Part shown: positions 53,357-64,000 of the stretch, in pieces
How the letters are laid out: every line of letters starts with the position of its first letter
Numbering within the stretch: position 1 is the first letter of the stretch
DNA from: an uncultured Flavobacteriales bacterium
Lineage (GTDB): Bacteria > Bacteroidota > Bacteroidia > Flavobacteriales_F > PHOS-HE28
Reading direction: 5' to 3'
Assembly (NCBI GenBank): GCA_963814325.1
Contig: CAWFCK010000002.1
Span: 141,581-205,580, forward strand
DNA length: 64,000 nt
Program-made: the position numbers and the translations under genes
Notes under the pieces: generated by a model
What the model saw: only the letters and a program-made list of their open reading frames with translations
Database searches by the model: none
What the model was told of the DNA's origin: nothing

Positions 53357-54588
53357 ATGAACTTCACTCTCAGCCCCCGGGCCCGTACCTTGAGCATGAT
53401 GCTCATGGCGCTCGGCCTGATCCTGGCCGCATTCGGCTGGTTCAGCCTGAAGGGACATGAACACACCGCCGAAAGCGCCGGCCAGAACTTCTGGGCAGCG
53501 CTCTTCATCAACGGCTTCTTCTTTCTGGGGATCACCCTGGGAGCCTTGTTCTTCTACGCGCTGCAGTTCGCCACGGAGAGCAGCTGGAGCGTACTGGTGC
53601 GCCGCGTGTACGAAGGCATTTTCACCGGGTACATGTGGATCGGCGCGGCCGTGGTGGTGATCTGCCTGCTGGCCGGTCAGTTCCACTTCAACACCATCTG
53701 GCATTGGATGGACGCGCGCTTGTACGATCCCGCCGATGCCGCTCATTACGACCCGATCATCGCTGGCAAGTGGGCCTACCTGAACCCGGTGTTCTTCTGG
53801 GGGCGCGTGGTGCTGTTCATGGGCACCTTCCTCTTCGCGGGCAACTGGTTCCGCCAGCAGAGCCTGAAGATGGACAAGCTCACGGGCACGGACCTGCGCA
53901 CGCAGCACCTGCTCACCTATCGCCGCTCGGCGCTGTTCCTGGTGCTGTTCGCCGTGTTCAGCAGCGTGCTGGCGTGGGATTGGCTGATGAGCATTGATAC
54001 CCATTGGTTCAGCACCCTTTACGGCTGGTATATCTTCGCGGGTATGTGGTGCACCGCCATGGTCACCGGTGTCATCGTGGTCCTGTACCTGAAGAGCAAG
54101 GGCTACCTGCCGCAGGTGAACAACAGCCACATCCACGACATGGGCAAATGGGTGTTCGCCACCAGTTTCCTGTGGACCTACCTCTACTTCAGCCAGTTCA
54201 TGCTCTACTGGTACGCCAACATCCCCGAGGAAGTGATCTTACTTCCAGGCAGCGCATCGACCATCATGCTGGCCTGATGTGGGGCATGTTCTTCATCAAC
54301 TTCGCCGTTCCGATGGTGCTGTTGATGAGCCGCGATGCCAAGCGCAATCCGCGTTTCCTCATCGGTGTAGGCACCATCATCATCATCGGCCACTGGCTGG
54401 ACCTGTGCCAGTTGGTGCTTCCCGGTGCGCTGGGCGAGCATTTCCACCACATCGGATTCCTGGAGGTCGGCCTGTTCGTCTTCTTCCTCGGCCTCTTTGT
54501 CAACCGCGTCCTTACAGCCCTGACCAAGGCCCCGCTCACCGTGGTGAACAGCCCGTACCTGGAAGAGAGCGTACATCACAGCATCTGA
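53357..54588 (+). CDS. actF: Alternative complex III subunit ActF (membrane, NrfD-like); frame break near 54240
   Basis: Polytopic membrane ORF 53357..54277, continued in frame 54004..54588 (MWGMFFINFAVPMVLLMSRDAKRNPRF...). Confidence 0.75.
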
Positions 54589-54628
54589 ACGAACCACCCA
54601 TCGCCTCAAGCGTTGATCCATTGACCCC

Positions 54629-55794
54629 ATGATGACGTTGTTGATCCTCGCGGTGATCGTGCTCGGTATTCTGGCCGTGACGCGGTTGAGCCGTGTGTAT
54701 GAGCTGACCAGTGCTTTGCGCGGCAAGCGCGAGGAGGAGATCAGCTGAGCGCGACAGCAAGATGAACGCCCGCCTGATGTGGGCCTTCCCGTTCGCCTAT
54801 TTCGCGATTCTTCCTCTGGCTTACGGTGTCGTACAGGAAGCATATGCTTCCGGTTTCCGCCAGCGAGCACGGGGTTTGGCTGGATGACCTGATGAACTTC
54901 AACTGGGCCATCCTCATCGTGGCCTTCTTCATCACCAATATCCTGCTGTTCTACTTCGCGGGCAAGTATTACTTCCGCAAGGACCGCCGGGCCTATTACT
55001 ACCCGCACAACAACAAGTGGGAGCTGGCGTGGACCTTGGTACCAGCGGTGGTGATGATCGGTATCATCATCTATGGACTGAGCCGTGTGGAACCAGATCG
55101 TGGCGCCTGCTCCGGCCGGAACCCCGAAGGTGGAGTTGTACGCCCAGCAGTTCAACTGGACGGCCCGTTACCCGGGCAAGGACGGCAAGCTCGGCGCCAC
55201 GGACTTCCGCCTGATCAACGAGAGCAATCCCATGGGCATCGTTACGCCCAAGGCCATCAAGACGCGCATTGATGAGCTGCTGGCCGAGGCGGTGGCCGAG
55301 GAGAAGAAGCTGGCTGAAGAGCACGACATGCTTCCGCCCGCCAAGGTCACGGAGATGGAGGACCACATCAAGCACGTTCGTCGTGTTGCGGGTCGCATCG
55401 TGAACCTGCGGACGCTGATGGAACAGGACATCGCCGAGAAGGGCGAGGAGAGCCAGTACAAGCACGGGGGCGATGACCTCATCATCAAGGAATTCCACCT
55501 GCCGTTGCGCGAGAACGTGGAACTGTTGATCCGCAGCAAGGATGTGATCCACAGCGTGTACCTGCCGCACCTGCGGGCCCAGATGAACGCGGTGCCCGGC
55601 ATGACCACGGTGATCCACATGAAGCCCACGATCAGCACCGACAGCATGCGCATGGTGATGAACGAACCCGGCCTTCGACTTCGTGCTGCTCTGCAACAAG
55701 ATCTGCGGTGCCAGCCACTACAACATGCAGATGCCCCTGATCGTGGAATCGCCGGTCGCCTACAAGACCTGGCTGGATGGCCATAAAGGGTTTT
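54629..55794 (+). CDS. ctaC: Cytochrome c oxidase subunit II; about 4 frame breaks; may extend to ~55909
   Basis: MMTLLILAVIVLGILAVTRLSRVYELT start. Pieces 54826..55272 and 55085..55786. CuA motif LLCNKICGASHYNMQ is recovered after a shift at ~55675. An Ala/Pro/Thr-rich tail is possible in another frame. Confidence 0.75.
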
Positions 55795-55913
55795 GAGGTG
55801 GCGGATGCTCCCGCTGCAGCCTGTTACACCAGCCGGACAAGCTCCAGCTGACTCCACGACCACCACCGCCCTGGTGGCGAGCTCATCGAACGAACCGAAA
55901 ACGCACTGACATC

Positions 55914-57724
55914 ATGGGTTCCGTTGCCCACGCCCACGCCCCCGCTGAAGGCCACGCCCACGCGGCGCACCATCACCACGAGGAGAGCTTCATCTCGAAG
56001 TATGTCTTCTCGCAGGACCACAAGATGATCAGCAAGCAATTCCTGATCACGGCCATCATCATGGCCTGGGTGGCGGTGATCATGTCCATCATGTTCCGCC
56101 TCCAGCTCGCATGGCCGGGTGAGAGCTTTGCCTTCACCCACTTCTTCCTAGGTGACAAGTGGGCACCCGGCGGTATCCTGGACCCGAACATGTACTTGGC
56201 GTTGGTCACCATCCACGGCACCATCATGGTGTTCTTCGTGCTCACAGGCGGCTTGAGCGGAACCTTCGCGAACCTGCTTATCCCCTTCCAAGTAGGCGCA
56301 CGCGATATGGCGAGCGGCTTCCTGAACATGTTGAGCTACTGGTTCTTCTTCATCAGCAGCGTGCTGATGATCGCCTCGCTCTTCGTGGAAGGCGGCCCCG
56401 CCTCGGGCGGATGGACGGTCTACCCGCCGCTGAGCGCATTGCCACAGGCGATGCCCGGCTCGGGCACGGGCATGACCCTGTGGTTGGTGAGCATGGCCAT
56501 CTTCATCGCCAGCGCGCTGTTGGGAGGCTTGAACTACATGGTCACCATCCTGAACCTGCGCACGCAGGGGCATGAAGATGACCCGCCTGCCGCTGACGAT
56601 CTGGGCGTTGTTCATCACCGCCGTTCTGGGTGTGCTCTCGTTCCCCGTGCTGCTGAGCGCTGCGTTGCTGTTGCTGCTGGACCGCACCTTGGGCACGAGC
56701 TTCTACCTGAGCGAGATCCACATCGGCTGGTGAGGCGCTGGACCATATGGGCGGCAGCCCGATCCTGTTCCAGCACCTGTTCTGGTTCCTGGGTCACCCG
56801 GAAGTGTACATCGTGCTGTTGCCCGCCTTGGGCATCACCTCCGAAGTGATCGCGACGAACGCCCGCAAGCCCATCTTCGGCTACCGCGCGATGATCGGGT
56901 CGATCCTGGCCATCGGCTTCCTCAGCTTCATCGTATGGGGCCACCACATGTTCATCACGGGCATGAACCCCTTCCTGGGCAGCGTGTTCGTGTTCACCAC
57001 CCTGCTCATCGCCATCCCCAGCGCGGTGAAGGTGTTCAACTACATCACCACGCTCTGGCGCGGCAACCTGGTGCTCAGTCCGGCGATGCTGTTCAGCATC
57101 GGCCTGGTGGCCACCTTCATCGCCGGCGGTCTAACCGGCATCATCCTCGCTGACAGCGCACTGGACATCACCATCCACGATACCTACTTCGTGGTAGCCC
57201 ACTTCCACATCGTGATGGGCATGAGCGCCATCTTCGGCATGTTCGCCGGCGTGTACCACTGGTTCCCGCGGATGTACGGCCGCATGATGAACACGAAGCT
57301 GGGCTACGCGCACTTCTGGATCACCTTCATCTGTGCCTTCGGCGTGTTCTTCCCCATGCACTACATCGGCCTGGCCGGTGCACCGCGCCGTTACTACAGC
57401 TACAGCGAGTTCCCCATGTTCAACGGGGTGGTTGACCTGAACATCGTGGTCACCGTCTTCGCCATCATCGGTGGTCTGGCGCAGATCCTGTTCACCTACA
57501 ACTTCTTCAACAGCATCTGGAGCGGGCAGAAGGCGGTACAGAACCCCTGGAGGAGCAACACCCTGGAGTGGACCTCGCCCGTTGAGCACATGCACGGCAA
57601 CTGGCCCGGTCCCATCCCCGCAGTGCACCGCTGGCCCTACGACTACAGCAAGCCCGGAAAGGCCGAGGACTTCGTGCCCCAGACCGTGCCCTTGGAGCCG
57701 GGGGAGGAGGAAAGTCACGGCTGA
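55914..57724 (+). CDS. ctaD: Cytochrome c oxidase subunit I; 2 frame breaks (~56570, ~56728)
   Basis: His-rich N-terminus, HGTIMVFF, FWFLGHPEVYIVLLPA and VVAHFHIVMG. Pieces 55914..56849, a middle frame (MKMTRLPLTIWALFITAVLG) and 56747..57724. Confidence 0.9.
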
Positions 57725-57749
57725 GCCGGATCATCAACGAACCGATCGG

Positions 57750-57776
57750 AATGTCCGCACTTTTGGTGCGGACATT
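57750..57776 (+). terminator. Intrinsic terminator after the oxidase genes
   Basis: AATGTCCGCAC-ttttg-GTGCGGACATT: perfect 11-bp stem, followed by TCCATTTTC. Confidence 0.55.
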
Positions 57777-57785
57777 TCCATTTTC

Positions 57786-58421
57786 ATGAGCCTACGAGGA
57801 TGCAGCCTGCTCATTGCCAGTTCGACGGCGCTCACAGCGCTTTCGCAGGGCATGATGCAGGACATCCGGGTTGCCTTGGGCGAGGAGCCGCTGCCCATTG
57901 TGAAATTGGATATGCGCGGGTCGTTCATCAGCAACGAGCGCGTGCAGTTCGCGGGGATCAAGTTCGGGTTGGAGCATGGTGCGCGCTTCCAGTACGGCAT
58001 CGGGTACAGCTTCCTGTGGTCGCGGGTGGAGAACGTGGAAACAGTTCCCGTTGACGGCGCGGTGACCACGCGTTTACGGTTCGGGTACGTGACGCCGTAT
58101 GCGGAATACGCCTTTTATCGCAAGGGTCCGTGGGAATTGCGCATGCCGGTGCAGTTCGGCTTTGGAAGCGGGAGCGTGGTATACGACGATGCAGGAGGCC
58201 GGACCAGGAAGTTGCAGAAGAGCGGTGTGTTCCTGTATGAGCCGAGCATCACCGTGCAGTATCGGTTGCTGAAGTACTTCGGACTGGGAGCGGGCTGGGG
58301 CTATCGCCTGGTGTTGCGCAGCGCGCCCTTGGTGGAGGGGCTCACCGCACCGATCTACACCTTCGGGCTGAAGGTGTTCTTCGGGGATCTGTGGAAGGAT
58401 CTGCGGCCGAAGGATGAGTAG
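57786..58421 (+). CDS. Hypothetical protein, beta-strand-rich (possible outer-membrane protein)
   Basis: Starts at MSLRGCSLLIASSTALTALSQG (ATG 57786) in ORF 57471..58421. Shows alternating hydrophobic patterns and aromatic-rich strands. No domain recognised. Confidence 0.45.
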   Translation: MSLRGCSLLIASSTALTALSQGMMQDIRVALGEEPLPIVKLDMRGSFISNERVQFAGIKFGLEHGARFQYGIGYSFLWSRVENVETVPVDGAVTTRLRFGYVTPYAEYAFYRKGPWELRMPVQFGFGSGSVVYDDAGGRTRKLQKSGVFLYEPSITVQYRLLKYFGLGAGWGYRLVLRSAPLVEGLTAPIYTFGLKVFFGDLWKDLRPKDE

Positions 58422-58553
58422 CTCGCAGACGGCCTGACGGATGTTGTAGCGTTAATCTCGTGTAGAGAGCAACCATGTCGTCGGGGCAGCGTCTTGGACA
58501 CACGCGCAACGCTTAACATCATGGCACCGACCGGTAAGTACAACCCCTTCACA

Positions 58554-61174
58554 ATGCGCATGGTCAAAGCCGTCGCATGCCTTCTGTGCTCCGCCATGCT
58601 TCAAGCGCAGCCTGTCCTGGTCCCGGACACGATGCTGCGCTACTTCCTGAACAGCATCGTGCCGACCGCCGTTGATGCGAACGGGTTCATCGATCCGAGC
58701 AACCCGGCCGTAGCATCCACATTGAGTTTGGATCTTCCCTTCCATTGGACTCCAGTGGACCTTACCGGTATTGAGGCATTTCAGCAGCTACATACGTTGA
58801 AATTGTACAAGGCCACGTTCATGATGTGGGACACACTAGATCTTTCGGTGAACGCATGGCCACAGAACCTGCGGCATCTGGAGATGGGAGCGAACACTGG
58901 GCCGCTTCCAGCGTGGCCTGGTTCCTTGGATTTTCTGTCAGTGCATAACGAGTTCACCTCGGCAGGTCAGTACTACCCGGCTTACCCGGCGGGGCTCGAT
59001 TCGCTCAATTTCTCCGCTTTTGATGACCTGCCGGCCGTACCTGATCTACCACAAGGTCTTACCTATCTGATCACGAACGGTGCTCCTTACGGTGCAGAGG
59101 CGCCGGTGGTGCCTGTTGGCCTCACCTATTTGAGCCTTGCCTACTTCACATTCTCCACGTCGCCGGGCTGGCCGACAGGTCTGACTTATCTCAATTTGAC
59201 CGGGTGTAGCCTTCCGAATGGCTTATCTGGCCTACCGACGGGACTAACAGAACTCGGATTGGGTAGCTGCGACATTGCTAATGGAGTGCAGCAATTGCCG
59301 CCGAGCCTGGAGAAGATCTTATTCAATCAGATGCAGAATTCTCCGATCCAGGTAACGGCATGGCCGACCGCACTACAGGATATTTCCATCCAGTCGGATC
59401 CTTCGCTATTCACTTTGCCCACATTGCCCGCGGGATTGGTAACGTTGGAACTAGTTGACCTGCCCGTGTTCGCATCATTGCCAGCTCTTCCTGCTGGCTT
59501 GAACTCGCTGATCCTATGGAATCTTCCTGGGGCCGCCACGATCCCACCATTACCAGCGGCCATTACCGGTGTGAGCATCTTTGAGCTACCCGTTCAATCT
59601 CTGCCAGAGCTTCCTTCGAGCGTTGATGTTTTTCAATTGAGCGGACTTCCACAACTCGGATGCATTCCGCTATTGCCGGAAGGCTTAATGTACCTCCGCC
59701 TAGGTCTGCCAATGTCGACGCCTGTTACACTTTGTCTACCGAATCTGCCGCCCGGTCTTTCTGCAATAGATATGGGCGGTGGGCTGATATCCCCCGACCC
59801 CTCCATGCTGTGTACGGTTTCCAACAGCACCTGCCCCTTCGTGAACCCCATGGCGAACGGCAGTGTGTATTGGGATGCGAACAGCAATGGCGTGCGGGAC
59901 AATGGCGAAGCCAATTACCCTTTCGCTACGGTGCATGTGGAGCCGGGTAATTACACCTACGGCGTTTCCGGCAACGGTACGTTCGAATTGCCCCTGCCCG
60001 TTGGCACGTACACGCTTACGGCCACGACCTCCTCGCCCTATGCCCAGTCCGTTGCACCGTTGTCGTACACAGCAGTGCTGGACTCCGCAACGTCGGCCTC
60101 CAACGGAAACGACTTTGGCGTGATCCTTCAGGCCGGCGTTCAGGATCCTCCGGATCGATGCACAGTTCCAGGTTGCTCGTCCGGGCTTCGATGATCTGGG
60201 CACGATCAACTTCAGTAACGTTGGCACCACGGTGATGTCGGGTACGGTTTCCTTCACCTTCGATGCGGACCAGACCTGGCAAAATGCAGAGCCGACACCC
60301 ACATCCCTCAATGGCAACACGGCCATTTGGGACTTCAGCGCGTTGGCAATAGGCGAAGTGCGTACGATCCATGTGCTGCTGCATACCGACGTTGGGGTGC
60401 CCATTTCGACCCCGATCAGCCATGCTGTGGTGGTGGGACCTACAACGGATGATGAAACCGCCTCGGATAACACGGTCATCGTGGACGGCTTGGTGATGGG
60501 AAGCTATCGATCCGAACGACAAGTCGGTTTCGCCGATCGCTGCCACCACCGCTGAAGTGGCCTTGGGCGGAGAGCTCACGTACACCATCCGTTTCCAGAA
60601 CACGGGCACGTACCTGGCCGAACGGGTGGTGATCACGGACACCTTGAGCAGCTCCCTGCAGTGGAATACGGTACGTTTCGTTTCCAGCAGCCACCCATGC
60701 ACGTGGGTGTTGTTGGATAACGGTGTGTTGCGCTTCGCTTTTGATCAGATCATGTTGCCCGATAGCGGGGCCAATGAACCGAACAGCCACGGCTTCGTGA
60801 AGTTCGCGATGAAGCCGGTGAGCACCTTGATCAACGGCGCCCAGGTGAGCAACATCGCCAACATCTACTTCGACTACAACGCGCCGGTGATCACCAATGA
60901 TGCGGTTTTCACGGTGGACAACACCAGTGGCACGGCCGAAGCGAACAACGCGACCGGTCTGAAACTCTGGCCTGACCCCGTGAGCGACGTATTGCATTTG
61001 GCCACAGAGGCCAGCAACGTGCTCTCGGTGCAGATCTACGATATGCACGGGCGCAGGGTGTTGCATTCAGGCCCGGCAAATAGCGTAGATGTGAGCGCAT
61101 TGGCCGCTGGGATATACGCTGTGCATGTGACCACTTCAACAGCCACGTACGTCCGCTCCGTGGTGAAGCGCTGA
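58554..61174 (+). CDS. Leucine-rich-repeat surface protein with SYDPNDK-type repeat domain and T9SS C-terminal sorting domain; 2 frame breaks (~60148, ~60508)
   Basis: Signal MRMVKAVACLLCSAMLQAQ. About 15 LPxGLxxL LRR units. Pieces 58494..60194, 60232..60555 and 60557..61174. GSY-c-DPNDKSVSP is restored by removing one base. CTD LKLWPDPVSDVLHL...GIYAVHV. Confidence 0.7.
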
Positions 61175-61230
61175 CCGGCGGGGATCACCGGTAGTTCGCG
61201 CAGCTTGTGCCGGGGTGATACCTTCGCGCC

Positions 61231-62256
61231 ATGTCCGAACAATTCGACGTACGCAACGAGCAGCGCGCCGCCTCCGACAAGGAGATGGAGCAGGTGCTGC
61301 GTCCGCGGCGTTTCGAGGAGTTCGCCGGGCAGAAGGCCGTTACCGATAACCTCAAGGTCTTCGTGCAAGCCGCCAAACAACGCGGCGAGGCATTGGATCA
61401 TGTGCTGCTGCACGGCCCTCCGGGGTTGGGCAAGACCACGCTCGCGGGCATCATTGCGCAGGAGATGGGAGTGAGCATGCGTGTAACGAGCGGGCCGGTG
61501 CTGGACAAGCCTGCGGACCTGGCTGGCCTGCTGACCAACCTGCAGCCCAACGATCTGCTCTTCATCGATGAGATCCATCGCCTCAGCCCCATCGTGGAGG
61601 AATATCTCTACAGCGCGATGGAGGACTACCGGATCGACCTGGTCATCGACGCGGGTCCGAATGCGCGCACGGTGCAGATCACGTTGAATCCGTTCACGCT
61701 CGTGGGTGCCACCACGCGCAGCGGCCTGCTCACGGCCCCGCTCCGCGCGCGCTTCGGCATCAACAGTCGCCTGGATTACTATGACGCGGCCACATTGAAA
61801 GGCATCCTGCACCGTTCCGCAGGCCTGATGAAGGTGCCCATCGTGGATGATGCGGCGCAAGAGATCGCACGCCGCAGCCGCGGCACACCCCGCATCGCCA
61901 ACGCCTTGTTGCGCCGCGTGCGCGACTTCGCGCAGATCCAAGGCGACGGCAGCATCGACATGGCCATCGCCAAACATGCGCTGCAGGCCCTGAACGTGGA
62001 TGCACACGGGCTGGATGAGATGGACAACCGCATTCTGCTCTGCATCATCGACAAGTTCGCCGGTGGTCCCGTGGGTCTGAACACGGTGGCCACGGCGGTG
62101 GGCGAGGAGAGCGGTACCATCGAGGAGGTGTACGAGCCCTTCCTGATCATGGAGGGCTACTTGCAGCGCACACCTCGGGGCCGGCAGGCTACTGAGCGCG
62201 CCTACAAACACCTCGGCAAGGTTCCAAGTGTGAAGCCCGGAAGTTTGTTCGAATAG
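61231..62256 (+). CDS. ruvB: Holliday junction branch migration helicase RuvB
   Basis: [11 protein letters not shown] and LFIDEIHRL motifs. 341-aa intact ORF. Confidence 0.95.
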   Translation: MSEQFDVRNEQRAASDKEMEQVLRPRRFEEFAGQKAVTDNLKVFVQAAKQRGEALDHVLLHGPPGLGKTTLAGIIAQEMGVSMRVTSGPVLDKPADLAGLLTNLQPNDLLFIDEIHRLSPIVEEYLYSAMEDYRIDLVIDAGPNARTVQITLNPFTLVGATTRSGLLTAPLRARFGINSRLDYYDAATLKGILHRSAGLMKVPIVDDAAQEIARRSRGTPRIANALLRRVRDFAQIQGDGSIDMAIAKHALQALNVDAHGLDEMDNRILLCIIDKFAGGPVGLNTVATAVGEESGTIEEVYEPFLIMEGYLQRTPRGRQATERAYKHLGKVPSVKPGSLFE

Positions 62257-62307
62257 CAGGAAAGCTGCAACTTCAACCTTTCGCTCAGTGCATACGTAGA
62301 AAGGACC

Positions 62308-63241
62308 ATGAAATCGCTGGTATCTCGATATCCGGTCGGCACCTTCATTCTGCTGACCTTGGGCTATCAATTAGCCATTGTGTTGCTGGCCCGCATGCTG
62401 ATGGCGGGAGGCGGAGGCCTGCATGAACACCCTGCGGCCCACATGATCTTTCGGTTCCGCGTGTTCGGCCCCTTGGTATTCGCTATGGCGATCACGATCT
62501 GGTTGGAGGGCCGTGAAGGTCTGAGCAAGTTGTTCGCCGGATATTTCAACTGGCGCGTGCCGATCAAGTGGTACGCGCTGGCGTTCACGTGGAAGTTCCT
62601 GGTGGCGTATGTGGGGATCGCCTTCATTGCTGCGATCGGTTTGCGCGCATGGCCCGGTGTGGTGACCGAAGGGTTCTTCTGGCCCCTGATGAAGAACATG
62701 CCCTTCATCGTGGGCATCGCCCTGGTTGAGGAGACCTCGTGGATGAAGTTCGGGGTGACCCGTATGCAGGAGCGCTATCCGGCCTGGCTGAGCTGCTTGG
62801 TCGTGGGGCTTTCCTGGGGTCTGTGGTACCTGCCGATGATCTTCCTGGGCGAAGGCGTGCCGGATGGCGTGCCATGGGCTGTATTCCTGGTCTCCATGTT
62901 CAGCCTCACTGTGCTGTTGAGCTGGACATACAACGAAACGCACAGCGGCCTGGTGCTGCTGATCGATGCAGATCCTGAGCAACTGCGCCTTCTTCATGGT
63001 GCCCATTCTGCCATCAGGCCCGGCGTTGGACCCTACGTTCGTGGTGGCCTTCGTATGCACTTTCCTTCTGGTGGCCGGTCTCATACTTTGGTATGCCGGG
63101 CCTGAGCACTTATCCACCAGCGGAAAGCGGGCCACCTGGTCGGCTTCCAAAGGGATACGTGCCGTTCTTGACACACCAACGGAACCTTTGGTCGCCGAGG
63201 TCGTTCCATCGCCTGACCGGACCCGCACACCGCACCGCTGA
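62308..63241 (+). CDS. CPBP-family (CAAX-type) intramembrane metalloprotease; frame break near 62960
   Basis: Polytopic membrane protein. EETSWMKFGVTR (EExxxR-like) motif. The C-terminal TM segments continue in ORF 62966..63241. Confidence 0.6.
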
Positions 63242-63301
63242 TCGCGAAGCTTGCCGGGTGCAATCGACCTGCTCAGTTCGCTGTTCTCAACTCTCCCCCC
63301 T

Positions 63302-64000
63302 TTGAAAGGTCCTTACCACTACAGCGATCTGCACTGGCCCGGAAGCGACTCATGGTCTCCGGCGAAATGGGGCGTGTTGCTGAACAAGGTGTTCAGGAAG
63401 CTGCACCTTCCCATCATGGTCCGCCGTCATTTCGATCACCGGCAGGACATGATGAGCATGGAGCAGGCCTCCAACCTGCAGTTGCTGCTTTCCGGCACGC
63501 TGGGCAACCAGGTGCCCGGGGCGGTGGTCGAACTCGGATGCTACACGGGCAGCACCTCGCTTGTGCTGGCCAGGGTGCTGCAGGATTCCAGTGACGCAAG
63601 GCCATTCCATGTGTACGACAGTTTCGCCCATGAACTTGGGACGGAGAAGGGCATACGAACGGTGTTCGAGTCGAACTTCCGGAAGTATGGCCTTCCGCTT
63701 CCTGTGATCCATCAAGGAGACCTGCGTGCCACCGTGCCGGCGGAACTTCCAGAGGCCATCGCCTTCGCGCACATCGACCTGGGTGTTGGAGGCGGCACGG
63801 ACATCCACACGAGCATCATCACCCACGCCTTGGCCACGGTATACCCGCGACTTTCCAGGAACGGCGTGATGGTCCTCATGGATTACCACGTTCCGGGTAT
63901 TACGATGGAGGGCCATGATTCGAATCCCGGTGTTCGCCTGGCATGCGATGCTTTCCTGGCGGGGAAGCCCGAGCAGATGAGCACGCCTTACGGCGGGGCC
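63302..64000 (+). CDS. Class I SAM-dependent methyltransferase (TylF/macrocin-O-methyltransferase-like), 3' end outside window; start uncertain
   Basis: My own translation of frame 2: ...MVRRHFDHRQDMMSMEQASNLQLLLSG..VPGAVVELGCYTGSTSLVLARVL...AFAHIDLG...NGVMVLMDYH. It is open from 63242 to the window end. Candidate starts are TTG 63302 or ATG 63416. Not listed in the supplied ORF track. Confidence 0.5.
   Translation, partial: MKGPYHYSDLHWPGSDSWSPAKWGVLLNKVFRKLHLPIMVRRHFDHRQDMMSMEQASNLQLLLSGTLGNQVPGAVVELGCYTGSTSLVLARVLQDSSDARPFHVYDSFAHELGTEKGIRTVFESNFRKYGLPLPVIHQGDLRATVPAELPEAIAFAHIDLGVGGGTDIHTSIITHALATVYPRLSRNGVMVLMDYHVPGITMEGHDSNPGVRLACDAFLAGKPEQMSTPYGGA

Noticed and set aside
61036-62370. 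444-aa minus-strand ORF
   Set aside because: Antisense to ruvB, whose identity is unambiguous.
63350-63916. 188-aa minus-strand ORF, and plus-strand ORF 63352..63594
   Set aside because: Frame 2 of the plus strand encodes a coherent SAM-methyltransferase fold (ELGCYTG...). The listed ORFs are antisense or off-frame shadows.

Overview
High-GC Bacteroidota-type chromosomal segment, judged from T9SS C-terminal sorting domains, TAnnTTTG -7 promoter boxes and an ACIII plus cytochrome c oxidase gene layout. Most of it is housekeeping. It carries polA, ribE, pepA and pdxA. It has a full SUF Fe-S operon (A-type carrier, sufB, sufC, sufD, sufS, sufE, DUF59 gene). It also has an M13 peptidase, thiL, dxs, rimP-nusA-infB, an ~11.6-kb respiratory supercluster (actABCDEF plus oxidase subunits II and I) and ruvB. 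At least seven predicted T9SS cargo proteins are interspersed: M43 protease, FG-GAP/ASPIC protein, type-B CTD adhesin, SBBP-like propeller, delta-60-repeat protein, an unknown protein and an LRR protein. Three patches look visibly more AT-rich and accessory. The first is a GT-C glycosyltransferase plus CMAH-like MBL-fold protein beside a FIST sensor and an orphan signalling-helix ORF (15.8-20.6 kb). The second is a zeta-toxin-like three-gene cassette (36.2-37.1 kb). The third is a T9SS cargo islet with a CTD remnant (42.0-44.7 kb). The dominant technical feature is at least ~45 apparent single-nucleotide frame breaks by my manual count, plus two in-frame TAG codons. They are clustered and hit essential genes (infB, nusA, dxs, suf, oxidase), so the simplest reading is sequence/assembly indel error, not biology. 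The best sequence-level leads are these: a 21-bp Fur-family-like palindrome shared by the suf and ACIII promoters, two families of hairpin repeats filling four intercistronic spacers of the suf operon, and a promoter plus intrinsic-terminator leader in front of rimP-nusA-infB. I recognised no rRNA, tRNA, CRISPR array, transposase, integrase or phage gene, and no known defence system other than the toxin-antitoxin-like cassette.
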